Shown: positions 31,801 through 47,260, numbered from the stretch's first letter. The stretch is DNA of 64,000 nt from the human T2T-CHM13v2.0 reference genome, Homo sapiens (GCF_009914755.1 NC_060931.1), one strand, 5' to 3'. Translations and numbers: made by a program. The notes: a model not told the origin generated them from the letters alone.

Positions 31801-34027
31801 AAGGCCTTCAATAAAATTCAACACCCCTTCATGCTAACAACTCTCAATAAACTAGGTATTGATGGAATGTATCTCAAAATATTAAGAGCTATTTATGACA
31901 AACCCTCAGCCAATATCATACTGAATGGGCAAAATCTGGAAGCATTCCCTTTGAAAACCAGCACAAGACAAGGATGCCCTCCCTCACCACTCCTATTCAA
32001 CATAGTATTGGATGTTCTGGCCAGGGCAATCAGGCAAGAGGAAGAAATAAAGGGTATTCAAATATAAAGAGAAGACGTCAAATTGTCTCTGTTTGCAGAT
32101 GGCATGATTGTAAATTTAGAAAACCCCATTGCCTCAGCCCAAAATCTCCTGAAGTTGATAAGCAACTTCAGCAAAGTCTAAGGACACAAAATCAACATGC
32201 AAAAATCACAAGCATTCCTATACACCAATGATAGACAAACAGAGAGCCAAATCATGAGTGAACTCCCATTCACAATTGCTACAAAGAGATTCAAATACCT
32301 AGGAATACAACTTACAAGGGATGTGAAGGACCTCTTCAAGGAGAACTACAAACTACTTCTCAAGGAAATAAGAGAGGACACAAACAAATGGTAAAACATT
32401 CCATGCTCGTGGATAGGAAGAATCAATATCATGAAAATGGCCATACTGCCCAAAGTAATTTATAGATTCAATGCTATTCCCGTCAAGCTACCATTGACTT
32501 TCTTCATAGAATTTGAAAAAAACTACTTTAAATTTCATATGGAACCAAAAAAGAGCCCATATAGCCAAGACAATCCTAAGCAAAAAGAACAAAGCTGGAG
32601 GCATCACATTACCTGACCTTAAACTATACTACAAGGCTACAGTAACCAAAACAGCATGCTACTTGCACCAAAACAGACATATAGACCAACGGAACAGAAC
32701 AGAGGCCCCAGAAATAACGCCACACATCTGCAACCATCTGATCTTTGACAAACCTGACAAATACAAGCAATGGGGAAAGGTTACCTATTTAATAAATGGT
32801 GTTGGGAAAACTGGCTAGCCATATGCAGAAAACTGAAACTGGAACCCTTCCTTACAACTTATACAAAAATTAACTCAAGGTGTATTAAAGACTTAAATGT
32901 TAGACCTAAAACCATAAAAACCCTAGAAGAAAACCTAGGCAATACCATTCAGGACACAGGCATGGGCAAGGACTTCATGACTAAAATACCAAAAGCAAGG
33001 GCAACAAAAGCCAAAATTGACAAATGGGATCTAATTAAACTAAAGAGATTCTGCATAGCAAAAGAAACTATTATCAGAGTGAACAGGCAACCTACAGAAT
33101 GGGAGGAAATTTTTGCCATCTACTGATCTGACAAAGGGCAAATATCCAGAATCTACAAGGAACTTAAATAAATTTACAAGAAAAAACAAACCACCCCATC
33201 AAGAAGTTGGTGAAGGACGTGAACAGAAACTTCTCAAAAAAGTCATTTATGTGGCCAAGAAACTATGAAAAAAAGCTCATCATCACTGGTCATTAGAGAA
33301 ATGCAAATCAAAACCACAATAAGATACCATCTCACTCCAGTTAAAATGGCAATCATTAAAAAGTCAGGAAACGACAGATGCTGGAGAGGATGTGGAGAAA
33401 TAGGAACACTTTTACACTATTGCTGGGAGTGTAAATTAGTTCAACCATTGTGGAAGACAGTATGGCAATTCCTCAAGGATCTAGAACCAGAAATACCATT
33501 TGACCCAGCAATCCCATTACTGGGTATATGCCCAAAGGATTATAAATCATTCTACTATAAAGACACATGCACACATATGTTTATTGCAGCACTATTCACA
33601 ATACCAAAGACTCGGAACCAACCCAAATGCCCATCAATGATAGACTGAACAAAGAAAATGTGGCACATATACACCATGGAATACTATGCAGCCATAAAAA
33701 AGGATGAGTTCATGTCCTTTGCAGGTATAAGGATAAGCTGGAAACCATCATTCTCAGCAAACTAACACGGAAACAGAAAACCAAACACCACATGTTCTCA
33801 CTCATAAGTGGGAGTTGAACAATGAGAACACATGGACACAGAGAAGGGAACATCACACACTGGGGCCTGTCAGGAGGTAGGGGGCTAGGGGAGAAATAGC
33901 ATTAGGAGAAATACCTAACGTAGGTGACGGGTTGATGGGTGCAGCAAACCACTATGGCATGTGTATACCTATGTAACAAACCTGCATGTTCTGTACATGT
34001 ATCCCAGAACTTAAAGTATAATTTTAA
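28820..34027 (+). mobile_element. L1PA7-like LINE-1 with intact ends and a ~1.15 kb internal deletion
   Basis: L1PA7-type 5' and 3' UTRs, ORF1 and ORF2 remnants, and a perfect 15 bp TSD AAAACTTTATTTTCC at 28805-28819 and 34028-34042. Confidence 0.95.
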
Positions 34028-34418
34028 AAAACTTTATTTTCCCTCAATACTTCCTTGTTTTATTATTTTTTGCCATTTAGGATGTCCATTTTTGAAATAA
34101 TTCAGAATAATTATTATAAATGTTACATATATTGTAGTGAGATCATGGTTTTCAAGACTTTTGAACCATTTAAAGCTCTTCTTCCCTGTCTAACGTGTCT
34201 AGGATAGTATACATACCTAATTCTTCAGTCAGCTTTTATTATACCTCCTGACTTCTCTACTTTTAGCTGCCTGCATATCTCCTCATTCTCAGCATCCTCT
34301 GTGTGCCATTGGTTTCCTTATTGGATCAAATGTCTAAACCAATGATCCCAAGCATTCACACCCACCTCAACACAGGTAAAGTTTAGAATTTTCAACAACT
34401 GCTTTTTTCCAGGACTTG

Positions 34419-35115
34419 TTTATTTTTATTTTTTATGGATTTAGGGGGTAAAAGTACAGTTTTGTTACATATATATATTGCATAGTGTTGAAGTCTAGGC
34501 TTTTAGTTTGATGGGTACACTACAGGCACAATGTACAAGTAGTGTACATTGTTACATTGTACTCTATAGGTAATTTCTCATCCTTCACCCCCTCCCACCT
34601 TCCCATTTTGGGGGCTCTAATGTCTATTATTCCCTCTGTATGTCCTTGTGTACATTGCTTAGTTTCCAATTGTAAGTGAGATCATACAGTATTTGACTTT
34701 CTGCTTTCTGTTTTTGAGTTATTTCACCTAGGATAATGGCCTCCAGTTCATCCATGTCACTGTAAAAGACATGATTTCATCCTTTTTTGTGGCTGAGTAG
34801 TATTCCACGGTATAATATATGTACACCACATTTTCTTTATCCAATAATCTGTTGAGGGACATTTAGGCTGATTCCATGACTTTACCATTGTGAATAAGTG
34901 TTGCAATAAACATATGAGTATAGGTGCTTTTTTAAAATATAGTAATTTATTTTCCTTTAGGTGAACACCTAGTGCTGGGATTGCTGGGTCAAATGGTAGT
35001 TCTGTTTTCAATGCTTTGGGAAATGTCCATACTGTTTTCCACACAGGTTGTACTCATTTACCTACCCACAAATAGTGTATAAACGTTCCCTTTTCTCCAT
35101 ATCCTTACCAACATC
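34419..35115 (-). mobile_element. L1MA1/2-type 3' end
   Basis: GGGGTAAAAGTACAGTTTTGTTACAT...GAAGTCTAGGCTTTTAGT. The ORF2 C-terminal remnant (PFDPAIP, WNQPKCPS) appears in the ORF track. Confidence 0.85.
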
Positions 35116-35359
35116 AGAACTGCCTTTTTTGTTGTGACTAATGGTTTTAGTTTTTTTTTTTAGTTGTTTGCTTTGCCTTTAAATTATGCTTCTTGGACAA
35201 TGTTTTGCATAATTGTGAGTCCTCACCGTATGGCTCACAGGGAGGTGCTATGTTATTATAATTGACCTTCATTATTTTCAGATTGAAGATCCCTATGTTT
35301 AAATTCATAAAAGTAAGCCTAAAAGGAAACAAGGGGGACACTCAATATGTTGGATGAAA

Positions 35360-35520
35360 AAGCACTCCATCATTTACTGGTTGTGTGGTCTCTCTGAAAA
35401 GTTATTCAATACTGTGACCTTAAGTTTATTATCTGTAAATCGTGGATAACAATACTTAATTCACAGAGAAATGGAAATTAAAATATTATTTAATAGCTTC
35501 TCAATCAATATTAATTTGCT
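35360..35520 (+). mobile_element. MIR fragment
   Basis: CATTTACTGGTTGTGTG...AGTTTATTATCTGTAAA resembles the MIR core. Confidence 0.6.
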
Positions 35521-35734
35521 TTCCTTCATTTCTAAATTGTACAGACTTTAAGATTTGAGGGAGAACTGACTGAAAATTTGAATTTAGTTTGGAAATATCT
35601 AAATTGGTGGTTTAAACACTATATTCAGTCAGCAGGCTCATTTTATCTTTCCAATCATTCTGCTGAAGAAGTTCTTAATGAGCATGTTTTAATCAGTAAA
35701 ACTGATTAAGACAATAAGCTCTTAATCTAATGCA

Positions 35735-36070
35735 GCTCAACAAATATGCTTTGCATGCCCATTAAGTCTAAGATGCCGGACTAAGTACTGAAGAGGCTAC
35801 ACATGTGAATAAGCTCTAGTCTCTGCCCTCCTAACGCGGCAAAAATGAATCACTGACAAGGGCAAGAATGGAAGAGAAAAATCTATTACAGAGTAGTGGC
35901 AGAGTGCTGTAATCGCATGCAAGGACACTAAAGAAATGGATAGAGAGAGTAGCATAAAGAAAAGGGAAATATGGCAAAATGCTGGGAACCTTGCATGGGA
36001 TTTTAAAGGTTTCCATGGAAACAGTTAGACTTGAATGCATGGGTGCATAAGGCAGTCTTACCAGGTGCCT
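35735..36070 (-). mobile_element. L2 3' fragment
   Basis: TCAACAAATAT...TGAATAAG...GTCTCTGCCCTC resembles the reverse L2 tail. Confidence 0.6.
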
Positions 36071-36725
36071 GTTATTGGTTTGGAGGAGGGAAAAATTACA
36101 TTTCCATGACAGTTACAGATTAGCTGAGCAAGTAGCTTTCCAAAGTGATGTACTTGCAAAAAACAGATAAGTACTGTCCAGAGTGAAAATGTTTGTATTC
36201 TCTGGAGCCAGCTGGGTAATCAGATCTCCGTTTAGAAAGGACCAGATTGCAGTTTGTACTTTCTGACCATTTTACCCAAGATAGCAGGATCTTCTACACA
36301 GAAGCAATTTTCTGGGCAGGGGATGGGTGGGGGAGTTCTCATAGTACATAGGTAGGCAGTAGAAAGAAAATTGAAAATGGGAGAGAAACTGCCCCAAAGA
36401 GAATCATGCAGATACTTCAGAGATTACTAAATATGACAAGGAATAGAAGTATGTGTAAACCTAGGAAGTTATGAAATATGTATAATGGCATTGAGACATT
36501 GAGGCATTTGACAGTGTAATGAAGCAATACCTTCAGTTGGGATTTGGGATTTAAAGAAGCAAAACTCAGCCATCTATCACTGACCCAAGAGATGACAAAG
36601 AGAGAAAAGAAAATTAGACAATATTCCAGAAGAAATCTATCTGAGTTTGGCAAAACATACAGTTTAATAGCACATATTTTCAAGGACATACAAGATAAAA
36701 AAAGTACACTAACTCTTTCCAAGAA

Positions 36726-36931
36726 AGATATATATAATTTCAAACTATATATATATATATACACACACACACAAATATACATGCAACAGAAGTAGTATAT
36801 ATATTACACATAAATATTACAGAAATTGTATGTGTACATATCAGAAATACTATATACATATGTACATATATATTACAGAAATGGTGTGTGTGCATATATA
36901 TACATATATATTTCTGATAGATAGAGATATA
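36726..36931. repeat. TA/CA/TG low-complexity region with recurring CAGAAAT units
   Basis: Read directly from the sequence. Confidence 0.85.
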
Positions 36932-37409
36932 TTATTTTTCAATGATTGAGCAGATAATTGTTTATTGAGTCCTAATAGTATAGATAATAGTGACAAAAGG
37001 CCACACAAGTCCTAGATGTAACATAAAAAAAATCGGTAGGTATGTTAAAATCCTGCAGCATAAATTAAGGATTATTTCTTAAATCCTGGGTCATGTTGAA
37101 TAAAGGCTCCAGAAAGGAGAGGTTAATTGAAGAAATCTTTTGAAAGAGATGAGTTTCAAGTCAGATTTCAGAGCTCTATGGTTGGCCATGTGTTGGTAAT
37201 TGTGAAGGCAGAGACCATGTCAATATATGGAAATAATGTGTGCAACAAAAAATAAAGCCATAAACTTCGAGGTAACTTTGATGATAATAAGCACATGGTA
37301 TATATAAGGACAAACATGCAAGTGAGCAAGAGCAAGCTATTGGTACTGTCTGGTCACATCTTATTTGTGACATCTAGAAAAAAAAGCTGAACTATATCCT
37401 GCTTTAATA

Positions 37410-38345
37410 GTTTTAAAGTTAAACTATTTTAGAATCAAATATATTGATGCTCAAAACATTCCTTCTTGCTCCCTTAAGCTCATCACCATTGCCATAAACA
37501 GCCTGAGGCAACCACTAACCCTCTTTCTATCACTGTAAATGAGTTTTGTATTTTCAATTATTTCATATACACAGAAATAATTTGAACTGTTTTGTGTCTA
37601 GCTTCCTTAACAGAGCATGTTTTGAAATTCATCCAAGTGATTGTTTCAGTAATGTGTTCCATTTTCTTGATTCAAATACCATCCATTGTTGAATAATATT
37701 AAATTGCATGGATATCCTTCAATTTATGTATAATTTACCTGTTATGGGAATTTGGGTTTGTTTTTGTTTCCCCACTTTGGAGTTACTATTATTAAAGCGG
37801 CTACGAATGTTTTTGTACAAGTTGTTGTGGGGACACATGATGTATTTCACTTGGAAAAAATGTTTAGGTGTAAGATTTCAAGTTCGTGTGAAAAGAATAG
37901 GTTTAACTTTATAAGAAATTGCCAAACAGTTTTCCATAATGGCTGTGCCATTTTGCATTCCCACCAATTGGTAAAAGCTTCAGGAGCACTAGTTCATCAC
38001 TAACACTTGACCTTGTCAGTCTTTTCAATGATAGCCATTTTACTGTGTCATCTTACTTTGTCGTGATTTTAACTTGTATTTATCTAATGACTAAAGATAT
38101 TAAACGTATTTTGCCTGTTGGCTATTTGTATCCTCCTTAGTGAAGTATCTGTGCATATCTTTGTTGGATTTTAAAACTTTCATTGGTGTATGTATTCTCC
38201 TTATTGAGAACTAAAAATTCTTTATTTATTCTGGATACAAATCAGATATATATATTATGGATATTTTCTTTCAGTCTGTGGTTTGCCTTTTCAAATTCTT
38301 AACAATGCTTTTGGAAGTTCAGGGCTTTTGATTTTGGATTTAAAC
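37410..38345 (-). mobile_element. L1ME/MD-type 3' region
   Basis: AGGCAACCACTAA and TTTAACTTTATAAGAAATTGCCAAACAGTTTTCCA...GCATTCCCACCA. Confidence 0.75.
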
Positions 38346-38697
38346 ATATTTGGTGAGTTTTAATAAATTTAAATTATGTTTTAAAATACTTGGATAATTG
38401 GAGTCTAGCCAAAGGAAAGTAATTTATAATAAAACAATTTGTATTTCATGATGTAAAATTAGGATGAACTACACAGAAAAACATAATCAAGTAGTCAGAG
38501 ATTTGAAGTTCTATGTCAAGTCACTGAATTATGTGGTTAAAATTGTTGAGTGATACAGGGGTGTGTATTAGTGAACCAAATATTATAAGTGATATTTCTG
38601 TCAGTAATATTCTAAAATAGTGAACAATCTTGTAAGTTTTTTCTATTTACATGAGTTGGCTTCTACTATCGGCAACTTTTCTTTCTTTTTTTAACCA

Positions 38698-38828
38698 TTT
38701 AAATGTCTAACAGTCTAATACTCCTAAGCCCTTCCAAATGCCAGTAGCACCTAAAATATTGTGACAACCATGATTACTCCAACAAAGTATCTTTTAAGAA
38801 TTGATGTTATCCCCATTGAAAACTGCTG
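38698..38828 (-). mobile_element. MER20-like hAT-Charlie fragment
   Basis: ATGCCAGTAGCACC...TTGTGACAACCA...TTGAAAACTGCTG. Confidence 0.7.
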
Positions 38829-39321
38829 ATTTATCTGAAGTCCACATGTGAGCTTCATGTAAACAACTTTCAACTACAGCTGCAATATTGTTCCTGGTGA
38901 GAATGCATCATGATTCATAGCATGGATATTAAGCTCCCATCTATCTACCTTCCCTCTTAAGGAATTTCAGAAAGAAAGTAATCTAAATATTTCAGGTAAC
39001 AAATACCTTGTGAAATTTTTAACACCTGAGTTTAAAAGGTACTTTTTAAGGTCCTCAGTATTATAGATTAAGAAACAAAGCAAAATTGTTATTTCGAGAC
39101 TACACAACAGGACAATGGATACAAAACTCTTATTCCTCAGTGTGCACATGTTTTTACGTTACATCGTGTATACTGGAAAATACCTATATTACAAGCAATT
39201 GCAGATATTCTCTGTCAAAAGAGCAGAAAGGAAAAAGGAGCAATATGTTGATAAGAATCAGTGAAAATGCACTGAAAATAGCAACAACAAAAAGTGTTCC
39301 CTTGCGATTTCTGATTATTTC

Positions 39322-39361
39322 TGCCTTAAATCTTCAATCCCAGACATGCCTTAAATCTTCA
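39322..39361. repeat. 15 bp direct repeat with period 25
   Basis: TGCCTTAAATCTTCA at 39322-39336 and 39347-39361. Confidence 0.9.
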
Positions 39362-40095
39362 GTCTTCTAATACTGAAAATTCACACTTCAGTTTTGCTAA
39401 GTTCTCCACTGTTAGGTTAATTCTTTAAAGGAAATCCCAGTGCTGGACAACACCATTCTGACACCAATTATTATTCTTGATTGTTATTTCACAACTTCCC
39501 AGATTGGGGCTCACACATTTTTATAAGCTAAGAAAAGTAAACAGACATTAAAAAAACACTTCCATATATCTAGAGATGTAAGATTAGTTTGTACACAGAA
39601 CACTTCTAATTTCTGATGGTACCTTAAACATTTTAATGTCACTGTTATTTTTTGTAAATCTTTCTAATTTCATTCTCTCCTACCCTACTGCTTTGATGTG
39701 TAGATATCTCCTCATTCTATCTATCGATCAAGTCACTCATGCCTAGTTATCATCACATATCCATAAGTATTAATATTTTAATACTTTTAAGGGCAGACCA
39801 CTTTTTTTATTTCTGTACCTATGTGTGTGTGTGTGGGGGGGGTGTTAGCCTGTGATATTTATAAATATAGTCAAACCGTATGTGGGATTTAAAATGAGTT
39901 TCTGCTCATCTGTCTACAAGTCTAACAATAACAATACATTTGTATGTACTATGAAATAATTCTCTTTTCTTCATTGTATTTGACTATCAATGCACATAAA
40001 ACATGCATATATATGTATATACACACACATATGGATGTGAATGTTTGTGACTAGGAATGGTTCTTTCTTACCCTGTATATGTGTGCATGTATGTG

Positions 40096-40098
<3 letters not shown>

Positions 40099-40136
<38 letters not shown>
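40099..40136. repeat. (AT)19 microsatellite
   Basis: Read directly from the sequence. Confidence 0.95.
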
Positions 40137-40142
<6 letters not shown>

Positions 40143-41759
40143 GTGTATTTAAGTTCTTTGTGGTTTTTAAAGCTTCTCTTTACATTCTTTGTACCCCTGT
40201 ATAAGTAATATACAGTTGCACATAAAAAGAAAAGAGACTTTATGTTTTATAACATTTATAACATTTAGCTGTTTACATCATACTTTGTCATGCATTTTTT
40301 TTCCTGTGAATCCATGGCCAGTTGATTATGTCTGGATTTATTTGGAGTGTACTTATAGCCATAATTCCATATCTCATATACATTTTATATCCATATTTCA
40401 AAATGTATAGCTTGCGCCGTTGCCTCTTCCTAACTGATTAATAAATAACTTTTGAAATTGTTTGTATGTATTCAAGAAGTAAAGGTATGAGCACTATAGG
40501 CCTTATGCTGGGTGACAAAGTTTTTCAAAACCATGGGAAAGAGGAACATCCTGAGAACTAAAAATACCTCTACAAGGGACTCTGGCTCTCAAGCCATTGC
40601 AAGACATAAGCAAAGATTTTAATAAAATAAACCTAAAAATATATGAGACATTAAAATGAATTCCAGTTATCTCCTGCTTTCCCCACATGCTCAAATATTC
40701 TGCTTCTTGAGGGAGCTTATAGGACCTTCTAGTATTTAGAGCCTTATTTTCAAATAAGCCACATTATTATGTCTGATTTTCCATTTATCTCCTACCATAG
40801 AAAATGAGAACTTATTTCTTTTATATCAACTACTAAACCTGCACTCACAGTGACTCTATTTCAAAAAATATGTTTTTATCAAAATACTCATTTGTAGTCA
40901 TTCCACATTAATAACATTATAAGCATGCCAATGTTTTTCATAGTTAAGTCAGGTGGTTTATTATTTTTCACTTTTTTATTGTATAGATTTATATTCCCCA
41001 TTTATTTCACATTTGTGTACATATTTTTAATGCAACCTCAAAGTCAGTCAGAAGCGTGAATCTCAATGTGTCCAAAGTATATTAGATAATCCATCAGTTT
41101 TCTTTTTCACCTTATAAAATAAACATTACTTGCTCATTTATGCCATCATTTATATTTTATTGTATTTATCTATTTTATGATTCTACCTACCTACACACAC
41201 ACACACGTACGGAGGAAAAGAACTGTCTATGAAGAATATATTCCAACCTCCCCTAAAGCAGGGACTGGCTTGGAGTCACCTGAACATGTTTTAGACTTAC
41301 ATGGTTAAAAATCACTGAATAGAAATAGAAAGTATGTCATCTTCTGAAAATCCCAGTAAAAGAATAGTAGAAGGGCTTTTTTGTTTCAGTGTTAACCCAC
41401 AGGATAAAGGGAATGGAAGACAAGGTAAACAATAGAGGAGACTGCAACACAATTTTGAAAGCAGGAAAGAAGATGAATAATGAGGAAAAGACTTTTCAGA
41501 AAAGAAAACTGTGTACTGCTTTTGGGGATCTGGGCGGCTGAAATAGTCAGGAGAGTTGGCCAAGACCTTACTGTTTTAACCTTTGTAGGAAGTGAATATT
41601 ATGTGTGTGTGTGTGCATGTGTGTGTATAATATATTTGTAATTATTTTTTAAACATAAATACACAAACAGATGCACAGAATTAGGTCAAGTATAGTAAAT
41701 ATAATCCTTGTTCCATGTTTATTGTTAATGGTCCATTCATAGATCTCTTGATTTTATTT

Positions 41760-44167
41760 GGATTTTTAAAATTTTCACTTATTAATAGTGAATACCTATA
41801 AATACATTGTCCAAACTAAAAACTAAAGTGTTATCAATATCATATCTATCTACCTGTGTATTCCTCCAATAACACATCTCATATCGCCCTCATCCTAAAT
41901 TTTAAGTTTATTAAATTTTGGCCTTTTTTAAACATCATAATTTACATACATATCTTGTTTTATTGCTAGTCTTGGAACTTTACATAAACAACATGTTATA
42001 TGTTCTTAATGCTTGCTTTTATTCACTTAGCATTATAGAACTAAAATTTCTCTGTTATTATATGTAATTGGAGCTCATTCATTTCAAATACTGTATAACA
42101 TTGTTTAGTGACTATATGAATTTATACTCATTTATCTCAATGAACACTTCTTTTACCAGAGTTTTGTTATTATGAACATGGAAATTATGAATTCTTATGC
42201 ACACATCCTGGACCATATATCCTAAAATTCTCTTGGCAACACAGAGGAGTAGAAGTTCTGCATCACAGAATATGCGAATGTTCAACTTCCAAAGGTAATG
42301 CAAACTAGTCCATCAAACTGGGTCCTAACAATTGACACTCTCACCCTAATGTCTAAGAAGATTTCATTCATTCATACCCTTTGGAATATGTGGGATTTTC
42401 AGATATCTTCATTTTTGACAAGAAAATAGTTGTAAAATACTATTGTATTGAGATTGTGATTTGCATTTCTAGATTACTGGATTTCCAGAGATGATAAACT
42501 TCTCAATTTATTGATTATACAAGTTTTTCTTTGTATTATATTTACTCATAGCCATTGTCAGTATTTCTAGTGTTACTCATTTTCTTCTCTTTATTCTGAA
42601 TATCTCTTATTGTTATTATCAGTAATGATAACAATACTAATTTTGTTTCAACTTTATATATAGCAATAGCTTTTCTTAACTTACAGCTTACATTTCCACC
42701 TTTCTTTAAGATGCCTTTTCATAAAGATAATCCCTTAATTTTAATACAGTCTAAATTATCAATTTTGTTTCACTTAAAGCTAATACTTCTTATATTTTAT
42801 TTAATATACTTGTCTATTCTTACTTCATGCATTTTCTTTTAGATGTGTTATGGTTTTGATATTAAATGGTTTTGTCCCTTTGGGACTGATGTTTCAGTAT
42901 GCCATACTGCAGTATCTATTTTCACTTTTTTCCATGTGTACAGACACCACACCCATTAACTAAGCCTATATTTCTCCTTTGGCTGGCAATGTATCTCTGA
43001 GATATACCTCATTTCCAATTGTGGTTGGGTCGGTTATTGCTTTTTCACTTATATTCATCAACATTCCTATCCATGTCCTAATACTTCAATCTCTCGTTCC
43101 CTATTATTTTATGTCTTTATATCTGTTAGAGCAAGTTTTCCTCTCTTGACACTTTTTAAGATTATCTTAACTACTGAGGTCCCCTGTGCACCATAAACAT
43201 TTTATAATCAAACGGTCAATTTTAATAAAATGTCTTTGTTGGGATTTTCATTGAAGATGTATTTAATCTATAGATCACTTTGAGGGAGCTACCATCACTA
43301 CAATACTAGATTTTGTTATTCATTAACATATAATATCACTCCTTCCATTTAAGTAATTTTAATGCTCTTCCATCAAGTTATATAATTTTAATGTGCACAT
43401 TTTGAACATCATTTGGTGGATTTATTCTTGTAGTTTTTATTGTTGTTATAAATGGTGGTATCTTTTTTATTTGTTGTTATGCTTTCTAATTATTTGTTGC
43501 TGGTGACTGGATATGTATTGATATTTGTGTGTGAGATAAACACACACAAATCTCACACACAAATATCAATCTGCTTAAATTTAGCAATCTTGCTTAAATT
43601 CTATTGACTCATCTCTAGGTATTTTAAATTTTCTATGAAAACAGGTTTATATGCAAATAACACTTTTATTTCTTCCTTTCTTCTTATGCCCTTATTTTAG
43701 GCTAGATAGCTTAGATAAATATTTTGGATAAATATCTCGCTCCAAATTCTAGGACTTTTAATATAGGATTAAATAGAAGTAGAAAAGTGGGAATGCCTGT
43801 CTTATTTCTAAATCTAAAGAAAATAATTTGTTTCCCATTTATAATTGTGCCTGTTGAAGAATTTTTTGTTGTTTTCTTGTATCAGATTAAATTAGTTTCC
43901 TTCCATTTCTAGTTTATTGAGAGTTTTACTGTGAATGGCTCTTGAATTTTGTCACTTATTTATTCTGTGTCTATTGAGATGAGGAGATGGCTATTTCCAG
44001 TTATCTATTAATTCAGTGAATTAAATTTACACATTTTCTTATATTAAAACATCATTGCATTCCTGAGATGCATCTAACTTTTTTATAGTGCGTTTTTGGT
44101 AAATATTGAGTTTCCTTTGCTAATATTTTGTTTGGGATTCCAGAAATCTTGAGGAAAATGTGCTACA
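41760..44167 (-). mobile_element. Old L1ME-type 3' UTR/ORF2 region
   Basis: Reverse L1ME motifs TTCACTTAGCATTAT, GTGATTTGCATTTCT, AATCTATAGATCACTTTGAGG and TTGCATTCCTGAGAT. Confidence 0.7.
43517..43570. repeat. Perfect 21 bp inverted repeat with a 12 nt loop
   Basis: ATTGATATTTGTGTGTGAGAT-AAACACACACAA-ATCTCACACACAAATATCAAT. Confidence 0.95.
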
Positions 44168-44178
44168 ATATTTCTTTT

Positions 44179-45486
<1,308 letters not shown>

Positions 45487-45524
45487 ATATTTCTTTTATT
45501 TGTTGCTATCTAGTTTGAAGTTAG

Positions 45525-47260
45525 AACATTCAGGCTGTATTATGTTGTGCCACAGTAAAAACACTTCCAAAATTCAAGTGGCTAAAACATTGCTTGTTTT
45601 ACTTATTGCTCATGCAACATGCTCATCTCACCTCAGTCACACAGGAACTCAGGATGGCGGAGCTTCCACCATCTGGGACTTTGCCAGTCACCAGGGAGAG
45701 AGGAACATAACAAAACACGTAATTGCTATTAAATACTTTTTTTTCTGGAAGTCACACAAATTATGTCTACTCATAATTCATTAACCAAAGCCAAGCCTAA
45801 TGGCCATGGCTATCATCAAAGATAGAAGGATTCCAATCCTCTCAGGTTTGCAGAAGGGGGAGAACTAAAAGATCCGCCAACAGTTCTAATGACTTCCACA
45901 GTCTAGACTTCTGGTAAGAAAACGTTTGGCTCTCTATTTTTCCCATATACAAAATATGTCCTCCACCTCCACCAAGGGAAGCAATCCAAAAGTCTTTCCA
46001 GTCATGGCATCAATTTTACAACCTAGGATAAAAGAATGAGGATAGACTTGTATAATATCTTGATATTAGTTCTGGATGTGAATCTTCTTGATTTTAAGAC
46101 CCATGGACTCTTCTAAAATCCTAAATATAATAAGGAAACCATGACAGACAATTGCAGTAAATATTCTAGAAGAAGAATGGGAGCCACATAGCATACACTG
46201 GTCCCACATAACAGAGACTTATCTATAGAAATCCTGAAAAGCTTCTGAAAAGACATTTTGAGGATTCCCCCATAAGTTGGTAGGATATGATTTTTGAATA
46301 GTCCTTGATTCTCCTCTTTGGGAATCATTAACTTGTTGAATTTTCTCCCTGGATCCACATGCTATGTGATTCTTCTCTTTTTACATAAGCCTCCTTGGCT
46401 ATATCTGAATCGGACATCAGCAAGATGTTCTTCTTGGAACCTGAGCAATTCCCTCAGCTCACTTCTTGCCTGTAGATAGTTGGGAGCCCCAGGATCTTTT
46501 TAAGTCTCAGTCATGGTCTATTTTAGTTTCGAATGTTGACTCTTTTGACAGCACAATTCTCTCAAACATATTTTTGGCTTCTCTATTTTATTGCAGTTGG
46601 CTCTATGAGCAATGACCACACCCGTTTCTTTTGAGTCACAATTCTCACTTTGAATATTTTTTGCTTTCTCTTCCCCTTGCCTCTCTGTCTTTCTCAACTT
46701 AACTATGGGCCTAGAGCATATATGAATGTCTCATACTGCCTGCTAAGTTTCTGTAGTTGCCCCTTTTACCAAGTATTTAGCCATTCCATAACAAGGACTC
46801 TTACCCTTTTAGTCTGTAATAAATTGTCCTTGCTATCTACCATTTAACCCATTAAGTCAATACCACATATTGAAATTGTTTCATAGCACTCCCTATATCA
46901 GTGTACTAGGAGCTCTATCAGTCAGCATGAACCAGATCTTGCCATGGTAGCAAACAGTCCCCAAATGTTAGTGATTTAAAAATACAAAGTTTTATATTTT
47001 GCTTATAATTTTGGGTTGATGGTGGCTCTTCTCCTGCTCATCCTCACTTAGAGAAACAGGTTAATGGAATCTTCACTAATCACTTTGGCAAGATAAAGAG
47101 AATGTTGCAAACCACATGCTGGCTCTTAATGGCTTCCACTCTCAACTAACTGGCCAAAGCAAATCACATGATAATACTTAACTTCGACAAGATGAGGATG
47201 TGCAATCATGCCACATGCCTGGAGGAAGGAAAACAAAGAATATGAGAAATTATAATGATG
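45525..47260 (-). mobile_element. MLT1 (K/L-like) MaLR with LTR (~45525-45900), internal region (~45901-46910) and LTR (~46914-47260)
   Basis: Two related LTR-like blocks share CCAAA..T.AGTG.T.AAAA, CCAAAGC.A.....ATG and CAATC.T motifs. The internal segment ends in an MLT-int-like CCACATATT...TAGCACTCC. Confidence 0.65.

Noticed and set aside
41313-41700. Possible old L1M/HAL1 plus-strand fragments
   Set aside because: The resemblance is too weak to assign boundaries or a family.
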